Source of the DNA: Candidatus Micrarchaeota archaeon
GTDB lineage: Archaea; Micrarchaeota; Micrarchaeia; Micrarchaeales; Micrarchaeaceae
Length of the DNA: 34,496 nucleotides
Assembly: GCA_021792115.1 (NCBI GenBank)
Contig: JAJYVI010000001.1
Location: 1-34,496 of the forward strand
Direction: 5' to 3'
A model generated the notes under the pieces. That model made no database searches. It was given only the letters and a program-made list of their open reading frames with translations, and was not told where the DNA came from. Every line of letters begins with the position of its first letter. Position 1 is the first letter of the stretch. Positions 1 to 8,245 of the stretch are shown in pieces. The position numbers were made by a program, and so were the translations under genes.

Positions 1-1
1 A

Positions 2-772
2 AACCCAGGTATTACTGCAGTTGCTATTCCAATTTCTGCATATAATAATGAAAATTTAATATCGAAATCCAAAAATATAAAATGGAGCAATGAAAAAAGT
101 TTAATGGAGACTATAGATAATTTAAAGGATAAAATTGAATCAAATATAAAAATTAATAATAAACATAAAAAAGGAAAAGATACGCAGATACGGATTCTTA
201 TCCAAGACATAATACAGCATAATGGCCAGGTAGTTTTTGGGATAGATTACTCAGGTAAAATAAAGAAAAAAGATAAAGTAAAGATACTGCCTGAAAATAT
301 AACAGCCATAGTAAAATCAATCTCAAGCACTACGAACACTAATACACAAGATAGCAATGGGATACAGAAGATAAAAAATATTTCAATAAGATTTGATAGG
401 GAGATTGATATTAAAAGAGGAGATATCATATATGACATGCATTCTATGCCTACATACACTAAGAGATTTAGAGCAGAGATATTTGCTATAAATGCTATAG
501 ATATAAGCAAAAATATAGAAAAAATAAGGATTGTATTAAACAACAATGATAAGAAGATAATTAGTATGAAAATTTTGAGTACTTTATCCCCTATTACAGG
601 AAAAAAAATTTCTACAAATAGCAATAATAAAATAATCCCCAATACATATGTTGATGCAGAGGTAATTTTAAATTCAGATTACCCTATGGAGAAGTTTAGC
701 ACATTTGAGAACCTCGGCCGTTTTCTTATATTCGTTGGAGATAGATTTTCAGGTATAGGCAAAATAAAATAA
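2..772 (+). CDS. EF-1alpha/CysN-family translational-type GTPase, C-terminal part (5' end lies outside the window)
   Basis: The frame of ORF 104..772 stays open back to nt 2 (NPGITAVAIPISAYNNENLISKSKNIKWSNEKSL...), which resembles the end of the G domain of EF-1alpha/CysN. 'ISIRFDREIDIKRGDII' and the C-terminal 'GRFLIFVGDRFSGIGKI' match the domain II/III beta-barrel signatures. The sequence is divergent, so the exact paralogue is unresolved. Confidence 0.6.
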   Translation, partial: NPGITAVAIPISAYNNENLISKSKNIKWSNEKSLMETIDNLKDKIESNIKINNKHKKGKDTQIRILIQDIIQHNGQVVFGIDYSGKIKKKDKVKILPENITAIVKSISSTTNTNTQDSNGIQKIKNISIRFDREIDIKRGDIIYDMHSMPTYTKRFRAEIFAINAIDISKNIEKIRIVLNNNDKKIISMKILSTLSPITGKKISTNSNNKIIPNTYVDAEVILNSDYPMEKFSTFENLGRFLIFVGDRFSGIGKIK

Positions 773-930
773 GTATTTGATAAATTACTTATATTTGAGA
801 CATAGATTTAGAAACTTTTGCAATTTCCTTTTACTTTTTTGTATGCTGCTTAGTAATATTCCATTCTTAGATAAGACTTAAAGTAATTTTATTAATAAAG
901 TAATGAGAGAGTATTGGAAAAATCAAATTT

Positions 931-977
931 TGTTGATAAAATAATAAAAATGTTGATAAAGTCAGACTTAATCAACA
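931..977 (+). promoter_or_regulatory. Repeated TGTTGAT motif (two direct copies plus one inverted copy); candidate operator upstream of the small helical-protein genes
   Basis: TGTTGATAAA occurs at 931-940 and again at 951-960 (20-bp spacing). An inverted copy TTAATCAACA sits at 968-977; its core ATCAACA is the reverse complement of TGTTGAT. Downstream are TATA-like TTTTTAAAT (~998-1006), SD AGGTG (1029-1033) and ATG 1040. Confidence 0.35.
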
Positions 978-1039
978 AAGGTATCTTGTACGAAAGCTTT
1001 TTAAATCTAAAGCACCGTAATTAAATTTAGGTGTTTTAA

Positions 1040-1387
1040 ATGAGTGGACGGGAAGAGGCAATCAAATTTAAACCGCAAGATAGAGATAGGGGAGAAAGTG
1101 TAAAAAAGCTTATCAGAACTAACTATGAGAGTGGAAGTGGCTTAAAAGATAGCTTACTTTACAATGCAACTATGGCACTTAAAACTGCAGAATATTTTGA
1201 AAAACGGGTTGGAGGAGCAAGAACAAGCAATTATTTTCAGGAATGCATCGAAAATTTAAATGAAATTGCACTGTTATCAGGAGGAAAAGTTAATAGCAAG
1301 ATAACAGAACTGATTGATGATGCAAAAAATAGACAATTGGTACAGATACTTAGGTCTTTTGATGAAAGAAAGGCCAGTATAAATTAA
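1040..1387 (+). CDS. Small alpha-helical protein, MIT/TPR-like (paralogue 1 of 3), function unknown
   Basis: 115-aa ORF with SD AGGTG 6 nt upstream. Helical segments 'ALKTAEYFEKR' and 'NYFQECIENLNEIALL' are shared in pattern with the two downstream ORFs. Confidence 0.6.
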   Translation: MSGREEAIKFKPQDRDRGESVKKLIRTNYESGSGLKDSLLYNATMALKTAEYFEKRVGGARTSNYFQECIENLNEIALLSGGKVNSKITELIDDAKNRQLVQILRSFDERKASIN

Positions 1388-1423
1388 TTTTATAATTATA
1401 GATTAATTATAGAGAGTGGTAAA

Positions 1424-1909
1424 ATGCAGAATAATGTAAAAAAGTATTGCAATAATACAGAATCTTGCAACATTGGCCATAAGACTGGTAAAGAGGACAT
1501 GCTTGGGATAATTGAAGATAAGATAAACGATGGGAAAAAATATTTTGAATATGCAAAAAAAACAGGCATAGGAAAATATTATGTTTATGCTCTAATTAAT
1601 TATAAAGCTGCTGATACCCTTCTTGAAAAAATACGCTTTGAAAGATTGAAAAAAAAGAATAATGACGGCATCGATGACATAAAATCAGGAAAATATGATT
1701 TTCTAGTAATAGCAAAAAATAATGCTGATTTATATGATAAAAGGTTCATCGAAACTGTTGAAAAGGAAATAAAATATGGAGATGAGGTAAAGAAGCAGGA
1801 AGAGAGTATATTGCATGAAATTGAGACTTTCTTTGAAAAAAAAGAAGCAGCAAAAGAAGAGGAGAAGTATGCTATGCTTTTGAGATCAGATATTGCGCAT
1901 ACTGCTTAA
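1424..1909 (+). CDS. Small alpha-helical protein, MIT/TPR-like (paralogue 2 of 3), function unknown
   Basis: 161-aa ORF 36 nt after the previous stop. Motifs 'GKKYFEYAKK' and 'YYVYALINYKAADTLLEKI', with a charged C-terminal helix. A T-rich tract (1925-1949) follows the stop. Confidence 0.6.
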   Translation: MQNNVKKYCNNTESCNIGHKTGKEDMLGIIEDKINDGKKYFEYAKKTGIGKYYVYALINYKAADTLLEKIRFERLKKKNNDGIDDIKSGKYDFLVIAKNNADLYDKRFIETVEKEIKYGDEVKKQEESILHEIETFFEKKEAAKEEEKYAMLLRSDIAHTA

Positions 1910-2002
1910 AGTAGGCATAACCTTATTATTTTATTTATTTTATTTTCAGGTATATCTTAATATTCTAATTTTAATAGTCTAAATTATATATTTATAAAAA
2001 TA

Positions 2003-2425
2003 GTGCATAAAATGGTAGAAAAAGATAATAAAAAACAGAAAGAAACTACAGACCAGGTTAATGAAGGTAGAAAAATTAGCAGCGCAGAAACGAGCAGTAC
2101 GCAGTATAGAGAGGTAGTTATTAGCGCAGTAAAGGAAAATTGCAGAATAGGAGAAAATTTCGAAAAATATGGAGATATCCTTCAGGCAATTGAAAACTAT
2201 GAATATGCATTGTTTCTTCTTGAATGCCTCCGGGATTCGCATTTAAAGTTAAATCGGAGAAAGGAAGATAATATTGACGACTCTTACAAAATCAGAAATA
2301 GGGAGTTGAAAGTCATAGACAAGAGTGATCCAAAACATAAAAAATTACTGGAAGATATAAAAGAGGAATATGCTCTAAGAATAGAGATTATGAAAAAGGT
2401 AAATGTGCTTACAGAACAAATATAG
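2003..2425 (+). CDS. Small alpha-helical protein with the clearest MIT-domain-like pattern (paralogue 3 of 3)
   Basis: 'AVKENCRIGENFEKYGDILQAIENYEYALFLLECL' followed by 'KKLLEDIKEEYALRIEIMKK' parallels helices 1-3 of the Vps4-type MIT domain (A..A..D..G.Y..A...Y..A...L ... EY..RAE.LK). The start may instead be the second ATG at 2012. Confidence 0.55.
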   Translation: MHKMVEKDNKKQKETTDQVNEGRKISSAETSSTQYREVVISAVKENCRIGENFEKYGDILQAIENYEYALFLLECLRDSHLKLNRRKEDNIDDSYKIRNRELKVIDKSDPKHKKLLEDIKEEYALRIEIMKKVNVLTEQI

Positions 2426-2433
2426 TTGCAGAT

Positions 2434-2958
2434 TCAATCTTTTATTTTAGATACTGCAATCTTTTGAAATAGAAGCATGTGGGCAAGTTTTATTGAATCC
2501 TGTGTTTTAGCTATTTTTATACCTAGCTTTTTAGCACATTTTGCAGTCTGGTCAATGCTAGGCATGAAATCAGAGTCAGTATTTAATAAAGGTTTTATTT
2601 TTCTATATAATTGCTTGCTATCTGAAAAAAATACGAACTGATTACTTTCTTTTGCTCCTGCAAACATCACTGCACGATCTATCTGGCGTGTAAAAGAAGC
2701 AAAAAGAAGCATTTCCATAGCTATGCTCTTTGATGAATTTTGATTTTCATCAAACGCCTCTAAAGCATTTAAATATGCTGCAATAAGATGACTTTTATCA
2801 AGTATTGAGTTAGGATCAAATAACTGCGCAAACCCATTGCTTCTGCCGCTGTTGCTAAGCATATGAATCTTTGTAATCAGAGATTTTATGCTAAGGCTCG
2901 TTGATGCCTGCCTAATTATAAGACTATTTATTATTTTTGGATCCTGATTCAATGCCAT
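2434..2958 (-). CDS. cgi121: KEOPS complex subunit Cgi121
   Basis: 'SKSIAMEMLLFASFTRQIDRAVMFAGAKESN' and the C-terminal 'LLFQKIAVSKIK' parallel archaeal Cgi121 (remembered M. jannaschii pattern: ..AKSFWMEILVRASGQRQIHEAIKIIGAKDGN.. / ..LEKIALIELKK). Confidence 0.75.
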   Translation of the reverse strand: MALNQDPKIINSLIIRQASTSLSIKSLITKIHMLSNSGRSNGFAQLFDPNSILDKSHLIAAYLNALEAFDENQNSSKSIAMEMLLFASFTRQIDRAVMFAGAKESNQFVFFSDSKQLYRKIKPLLNTDSDFMPSIDQTAKCAKKLGIKIAKTQDSIKLAHMLLFQKIAVSKIKD

Positions 2959-3014
2959 TTTTTCACATAAAGTTTGCCCACAGAGAGATAAAATATATTT
3001 CTTCTTTTAGTATT

Positions 3015-3920
3015 CTAAACTATTGTAAGCCAGTCATTGAAATCTTCATCCTTACCTGAAACGATATCATAGAACCTACTGCTTATTGATTTTGTTATTT
3101 CCCCTGCAAGACCTTTAGATATATTTATACCATCAATATTAACTATTGGGGTTATCTCGGCTGCAGTGCCAGTGAAAAAGGCTTCATCGCTTGTGTAAAG
3201 CTCTTCTCTATGTATCTTTCTCTCAGTTACAGTAAGGCCTTTGGCTTTGGCTATTTTTATTACTGAATCACGTGTGATGCCAAGTAGAATATCTGATGAA
3301 TTGTCTGGCGTTATCAGCTCATTATCTTTTACAATGAATATATTTTCGCCTGGCCCCTCAGCAACATATCCATTACTTGAAAGGATTATTGCCTCATCAT
3401 AGCCTGCATGCTTAGCCTCTATGCTGCATAAAATAGAATTAATATAGTTTCCGCTTGCCTTAGCCTGTATCGGGATAATAGATGAATTAAATCGTCTCCA
3501 TGATGAAATCTTGCATTTTATGCCTCTCTCCTTATTTATGAAATAATTGCCAAAGTCAACTGCTGTTATAAACACACTTATTTTTTTATTTGCCACGCTC
3601 AAACCAATGTTCTGGTCATTGTAAAATGCAAATGGCCTGATATATGATGAAGAAAGCTTGTTTACCTTTAGTAGAGATATTACAGCATCTTCAATCTGTG
3701 CTTCATTATAGTTTAGGTCCATAGAATATATTTTTGCACTCCTAAAAAATCGCTTTATATGGTCATTAAGCCTAAAAATTGCAGTCTTTGAATTTTTTTT
3801 AATAGCATATGAGCGTATGCCTTCAAAAATTCCGCTGCCGTACTGTAATGAGTGCGTCAGAATTCCAACTTTTGCCTTTTCAGCATCAATAAGTTCTCCG
3901 TCAAGCCAGACTTTTTGCAT
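3015..3920 (-). CDS. ilvE: Branched-chain amino acid aminotransferase (class IV PLP enzyme)
   Basis: 'WLDGELIDAEKAKVGILTHSLQYGSGIFEGIRSY', 'YIRPFAF' and 'QAKASGNYINSIL' (catalytic Lys region) are typical IlvE signatures. Length 301 aa. Confidence 0.9.
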   Translation of the reverse strand: MQKVWLDGELIDAEKAKVGILTHSLQYGSGIFEGIRSYAIKKNSKTAIFRLNDHIKRFFRSAKIYSMDLNYNEAQIEDAVISLLKVNKLSSSYIRPFAFYNDQNIGLSVANKKISVFITAVDFGNYFINKERGIKCKISSWRRFNSSIIPIQAKASGNYINSILCSIEAKHAGYDEAIILSSNGYVAEGPGENIFIVKDNELITPDNSSDILLGITRDSVIKIAKAKGLTVTERKIHREELYTSDEAFFTGTAAEITPIVNIDGINISKGLAGEITKSISSRFYDIVSGKDEDFNDWLTIV

Positions 3921-4183
3921 TTAATCTCCCTATAAATAATACGGCAAACAGCTTATTAATTATTGCGGTTTAGCATATTCATTAAATAATAATTATTCCA
4001 TCAAGAAATTTTAGGGCTGTTTATAATTTATATTTATAATATTTATACAAAAAAATACAAAAAATAGTACAACTGATGCAAACAAGGAGACCAAATAAAA
4101 TTTTAACAATGCATATTTAATTAGCAGTAAGAGTCATAAGATTTATTCGTACCTTTTTTATATTTTGTATTATAAAATAAATT

Positions 4184-4498
4184 ATGGCGCGCAAATTCCA
4201 AAGACATATAGAGAATTTCAAATGCAGCAACTGCGGCAAATTTGTAGAAGGAAATGGGTACACAGATCACTGCCCAGAATGCCTCGAAGGAATGCATGTA
4301 GACAACAATCCTGGCGACAGAGCCTCAGACTGCCGTGGCGCAATGAAAGTATCATATGTAGAGTATAAATCAGGCAACTTTATCATACATTATAAATGCA
4401 GAAAATGCGGAATTGAAAAGAGGTTTATGGCAGCGCAAAATGACAATAAAGAAACATTAATGGCATTCTTTGAAAAAAATATTAAAGCTAAAGTTTAA
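4184..4498 (+). CDS. RNHCP-domain zinc-ribbon protein (uncharacterised family)
   Basis: 'FKCSNCGK...GYTDHCPECL...CRKCG' gives two CxxC pairs and the (R/Y)-T-(N/D)-HCP motif that names the RNHCP domain. Confidence 0.7.
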   Translation: MARKFQRHIENFKCSNCGKFVEGNGYTDHCPECLEGMHVDNNPGDRASDCRGAMKVSYVEYKSGNFIIHYKCRKCGIEKRFMAAQNDNKETLMAFFEKNIKAKV

Positions 4499-4510
4499 AT
4501 GTGATAGCAT

Positions 4511-4924
4511 ATGGCAATGAGGTATTCTAAAGGCGCAAGAAGCGAGAGAGAGCTTTTGCTTCGTCTTTATGGTATAAATTACTCTGTAATGCGCGCTGCT
4601 GGGAGTGGCGTAAACTCATTGAGCCCTGACATAATAGCAATAAAAGAAGGGAGAGGGTTTGCATTCGAATGCAAGGCCTGGGCTACAAACTTGCTTATAG
4701 AGCCTGAAAGATTAGATTCTCTCCAGGTATGGGAAAAAAATACTGGCATGCAAACTTTCATTGCATGGAAGATAAACAATAAGGGGTGGTTCTTTATAAA
4801 ACTCAACGAGCTCTTAAAAAATGGCAAGAATTACACAATGACAAAGAGCAGGGCATTCGAGATAAATAGACGATTTGAAGAGATAACTGGTATAGCCTGG
4901 CAGAAAAATCAGGCAGAAGAGTAA
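4511..4924 (+). CDS. hjc: Archaeal Holliday junction resolvase Hjc
   Basis: 'KGARSERELLLRLYGINYSVMRAAGSG...SPDIIAIKEGRGFAFECKAW' matches the Hjc nuclease core (E..., D, E-x-K). Length 137 aa. Confidence 0.88.
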   Translation: MAMRYSKGARSERELLLRLYGINYSVMRAAGSGVNSLSPDIIAIKEGRGFAFECKAWATNLLIEPERLDSLQVWEKNTGMQTFIAWKINNKGWFFIKLNELLKNGKNYTMTKSRAFEINRRFEEITGIAWQKNQAEE

Positions 4925-5151
4925 ATATAGAAAAGTATTTTAATTTTTCAGCAAGATATTTAATAATTTAAAGTGTATTGTAATAAAAATTAATAATAGC
5001 AAATAAGTGAAAAGGCAGTAATTTGACAAAACTTTTTATATCTTTATAACCTATTATTAATTCAGCATTTTAATGCGCACTATTTTTATTGCGCTATTTT
5101 TGATTTTCATTTTTCATAATTTATAGACTTAAACACTGAATACGTGAATTA

Positions 5152-5694
5152 ATGGCTGAAAAAACACCAACACCACGCAAAAAACCAGAGAACCTGACAT
5201 CAATAGTTAGGATAGCAGGAAGAGATATTAACGGCTCGCTTAACATAGAAAGAGGATTGCAAAGCATAAAAGGCATTGGAGCGAATACTGCAAAAATATT
5301 TGCAAATGCAATTGAAAGCAAGTTAGGCATAGATAAAAATACAACAATAGGGAGCCTAAACGAGGAACAAATAGATAAAATAGAAACCATGCTAAAATCT
5401 CCATCACAGTTAAACATACCTAATTTTATTTACAACAGGAGAAAAAACAGTGAAAATGGCCAGGACATGCATATAATAGGTAATGACCTTTTATTTGCAG
5501 TAAGGCAAGATATAAATAAGCAGGTAACAATAAAAACCTGGAGAGGATTTAGGCATCAGTATGGCTTAAAGGTAAGAGGGCAGTCAACGCGCTCAACAGG
5601 AAGAAGTGGTACAACAGTCGGTGTGCTCAAAAAGGCAATTAAGGCACAACAGCAGCCTGCTGCAAAAGGTGGAGCAGCGCCTGCAAAAAAATAA
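5152..5694 (+). CDS. rps13: 30S ribosomal protein uS13
   Basis: 'IVRIAGRDINGSLNIERGLQSIKGIGANTAKIF' and 'WRGFRHQYGLKVRGQSTRSTGR' are typical archaeal S13. Confidence 0.95.
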   Translation: MAEKTPTPRKKPENLTSIVRIAGRDINGSLNIERGLQSIKGIGANTAKIFANAIESKLGIDKNTTIGSLNEEQIDKIETMLKSPSQLNIPNFIYNRRKNSENGQDMHIIGNDLLFAVRQDINKQVTIKTWRGFRHQYGLKVRGQSTRSTGRSGTTVGVLKKAIKAQQQPAAKGGAAPAKK

Positions 5695-5708
5695 ATTTTG
5701 GTGATTAA

Positions 5709-6272
5709 ATAGGATCAATAAAGAGGAACAGAAGAAAGCATGAAAATCCAAAGGATATTTTTAATGTTGAGAGGATAAAACAGGACAGGGCATTAGTAAA
5801 TGAATACGGACTCAAAAACATGAAAGAGCTCTGGCAGGTGCAATCCAAGATAAGCAATATCAGAAGGAACATCAGGCTTTTGCTTGCAGGAACCTCTAAG
5901 CAGGCAGGAAATGAAAGTGACATTGTAAACAAGCTTGTAAAGCAGGGAATTGCAAAGCAAGGCGCCACACTTGACGACCTTCTTGATCTGCAGGAAACGC
6001 AGTTTCTTGAAAGAAGGCTGCAGTCAGTAGTCTTCAGAAAGGGGCTTGCAAAATCAATCAAACAGGCAAGGCAGCTTGTAGTGCATGGATTCATAGGCAT
6101 AGATGGGAAGAAAATAGACAAGCCTGGTTTCTTAGTAGATGCAAACAAGGAGCAAAGTATTGCGTATTATAAGAAAATAGACCTGAATGCAGCACCTAAA
6201 ATAGAGATAACGAAACAAGAAAAGGAGGTTATTAAAGAGATAAAGGAAAAACAAGAGGCAGAAAAAATTTAA
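5709..6272 (+). CDS. rps4: 30S ribosomal protein uS4, with an apparent non-canonical ATA start
   Basis: The ORF track starts at ATG 5820. The same frame upstream reads IGSIKRNRRKHENPKDIFNVERIKQDRALVNEYGLKN, which is the conserved S4 N-terminus (compare MGDPKK.RKK.E.P.HPW...R...E..L..EYGLRNK.ELW). An in-frame TAA sits at 5706-5708, and there is no ATG/GTG/TTG between it and 5820. ATA at 5709 lies 3 nt after GGTGAT (5700-5705), which is SD-like. Confidence 0.8.
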   Translation: MGSIKRNRRKHENPKDIFNVERIKQDRALVNEYGLKNMKELWQVQSKISNIRRNIRLLLAGTSKQAGNESDIVNKLVKQGIAKQGATLDDLLDLQETQFLERRLQSVVFRKGLAKSIKQARQLVVHGFIGIDGKKIDKPGFLVDANKEQSIAYYKKIDLNAAPKIEITKQEKEVIKEIKEKQEAEKI

Positions 6273-6303
6273 ACAAATAAAATATGCTTAAAACTGGGAT
6301 GAA

Positions 6304-6798
6304 ATGGCTAAAAAACAGAATGCAAAGGCAAAACCTGATGCAACAAAAAAAGAGGAAAAAAAGGAAATTGTATCATATGAGGCAAAGGCCTTAGAGGAAA
6401 AGCCAAAACCAACAAAAGAAAGATGGGGTGTTGCGCATGTCTATTCATCAAAAAACAACACGATAATAACAGTCACTGACATGAGCGGTGCTGAGACAAT
6501 TGCAGTTGGGAGTGGCGGAATGATGGTAACTGCTGATTCTCAGGAAGGCTCACCTTATGCTGCAATGCAGGCTGCGTATAAGGTCGCTGCCCAGGCAAAG
6601 GATAAGGGAATTACTAACATAAATATTGAGATACGCGCACCTGGAGGGCACAATTCAAAGAGCCCTGGGCCTGGAGCGCAGGCTGTTGTAAGGGTTCTTG
6701 CAAGGAGCGGAATACGCGTCAATAAAATTATGGATGTAACACCTATACCTACAGACACTACAAAAAGGCCTGGAGGAAGAAGAGGCAGGCGTGTATAA
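6304..6798 (+). CDS. rps11: 30S ribosomal protein uS11 with a Lys/Glu-rich N-terminal extension
   Basis: '[28 protein letters not shown]' and '[19 protein letters not shown]...DVTPIPTD' are typical S11. Confidence 0.95.
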   Translation: MAKKQNAKAKPDATKKEEKKEIVSYEAKALEEKPKPTKERWGVAHVYSSKNNTIITVTDMSGAETIAVGSGGMMVTADSQEGSPYAAMQAAYKVAAQAKDKGITNINIEIRAPGGHNSKSPGPGAQAVVRVLARSGIRVNKIMDVTPIPTDTTKRPGGRRGRRV

Positions 6799-6875
6799 TT
6801 CTATACAAGCATACCTCAAATCAGCCGAATTTTAACAGATTACAGTTTATCTCTAGCTTGTACTAGTCTGCTATC

Positions 6876-6883
6876 TTTTTTTT
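6876..6883 (+). terminator. Oligo-T (T8) tract downstream of uS11; candidate archaeal terminator
   Basis: Eight consecutive T residues lie about 78 nt after the uS11 stop, at the end of the uS13-uS4-uS11 unit. Archaeal termination typically uses oligo-T. Confidence 0.45.
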
Positions 6884-7170
6884 ATTTATAAGGTTACAGG
6901 TTAATTGCCCCTGTGGCAGCTTAGCCTTATTACATGCAAAATTAAATGGAGCCATCTGATTTTTAGCAATGTTTTTATAGTTTTGTAATAGAGATATATA
7001 TCGGTAGAGAACTATCAGGGCTGCTCTTATATTTTTATTATATTTTGCCAGATTACAGCACTGATGCTAAGCAAAATACATTTAAGTAAATTCAAACAAA
7101 TTGTCATAATTTATGCAAACCGCATTAACTGCATTGTTAATGCGTTTATTGATGGTATTTTATATAAAAA

Positions 7171-8133
7171 ATGCGTGTTTCTATGGCCAAAGAAAAAGCA
7201 ATAAAGGAAATAGAGGACCTTCCTGGAATTGGTGAGACTACTGCTGCAAAGCTAAGATCTCAAAACATTGATACACTTGAAAAGATAGCAGTGATGACCC
7301 CTCATGAACTTTCAGAAATCTCAGGCATAAGCGTTGAAAAAGCAAAAGATGCAGTGCAAGCAGCAAAAGACTCGACAACAATAAACTTTGAAACAGGAGA
7401 GGCTTTTTACGAAAAAAGAAAGGAAATAGGAAAAATAAGCACTGGCTCGAAAGAGCTGAACAACATGATAGGCGGTGGCGTCGAGACAAATGGAATTACA
7501 GAGGCATATGGAAAATTCAGCAGTGGAAAGACCCAGCTTGGGTTTATGCTTGCGGTTAATGTGCAGCTCCCTGCAAGCAAGGGAGGGCTTGACGGCAATG
7601 TGCTGTTTATAGACACAGAAGGGACATTCAGGCCTGAAAGGATAAAGCAGATATGCGATGCCCAGGACATAGACGCAAAAAAAACTCTTGAAAATATAAT
7701 CTATGTAAGAGCCAAGACAACAGAGGAGCAGATACTCACGCTTGAGAGAGCAGACAAAATCATACAGGAGAAGAACATAAAACTAATAATTATTGACTCT
7801 TTAACATCATTGTTTAGGTCAGAGTTCATAGGCAGGGGCGCACTTGGAGAGAGGCAGCAGAAGCTCAATCACCATGTGCATAGGCTGCAGATACTTGCTG
7901 ATAAATACCAGCTTGCAGCTTTTATAACAAACCAGGTAATGGACAATCCAGGAATACTTTTTGGCGATCCAACAACACCTATTGGTGGAAATGTGCTTGC
8001 GCATGCAGCAACGACAAGGCTCTACATGAGAAAAAGCAAGGAGGAACGCCGCATCGTGAAGCTTGTTGACTCACCATATATGCCAGAAGGAGAATGCGTA
8101 ATAAAAATCACAGACGGCGGAATAAAGGATTGA
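7171..8133 (+). CDS. radA: DNA repair and recombination protein RadA
   Basis: N-terminal HhH 'LPGIGETTAAKLRSQNIDTLEKIA', Walker A 'GKFSSGKTQL' and Walker B 'KLIIIDS'. The start could be the second ATG at 7183 (MAKEK...). Confidence 0.95.
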   Translation: MRVSMAKEKAIKEIEDLPGIGETTAAKLRSQNIDTLEKIAVMTPHELSEISGISVEKAKDAVQAAKDSTTINFETGEAFYEKRKEIGKISTGSKELNNMIGGGVETNGITEAYGKFSSGKTQLGFMLAVNVQLPASKGGLDGNVLFIDTEGTFRPERIKQICDAQDIDAKKTLENIIYVRAKTTEEQILTLERADKIIQEKNIKLIIIDSLTSLFRSEFIGRGALGERQQKLNHHVHRLQILADKYQLAAFITNQVMDNPGILFGDPTTPIGGNVLAHAATTRLYMRKSKEERRIVKLVDSPYMPEGECVIKITDGGIKD

Positions 8134-8169
8134 TATGCATTTATGCATTTATAAACATTTTCTGCCTTG

Positions 8170-8199
8170 CACTGCGCTGCAGTGACAGCAGTAGTTTTT
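8170..8199 (+). terminator. GC-rich hairpin plus T5 tract downstream of radA
   Basis: CACTGC (8170-8175) / GCAGTG (8179-8184) form a 6-bp stem with a 3-nt loop. TTTTT follows at 8195-8199, 37 nt after the radA stop. Confidence 0.4.
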
Positions 8200-8245
8200 A
8201 GGAAAAAATGAATTTCTATTTCAAAAATCTATTATAAATGGTACA

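Noticed and set aside
247-642. 131-aa - strand ORF antisense to the GTPase gene
   Set aside because: It is a low-complexity, Ile/Leu/Phe-rich translation of the antisense of an AT-rich coding region and has no motif. The + strand frame carries recognisable EF-1alpha/CysN signatures.
4165-4368. 67-aa + strand ORF overlapping the RNHCP gene in another frame
   Set aside because: It is an Arg/Gln-rich out-of-frame product with no SD. The overlapping frame encodes a coherent zinc-ribbon protein.
5705-6148. 147-aa - strand ORF antisense to uS4
   Set aside because: It is the shadow ORF of a highly conserved ribosomal protein gene. Its Cys/Ser/Phe-rich composition is typical of antisense artefacts.
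6836-7058. 10-mer CAGATTACAG occurring twice (6836-6845 and 7049-7058) in the uS11-radA gap
   Set aside because: A single 10-nt coincidence in 370 bp of AT-rich DNA is within chance expectation. There is no associated structure.
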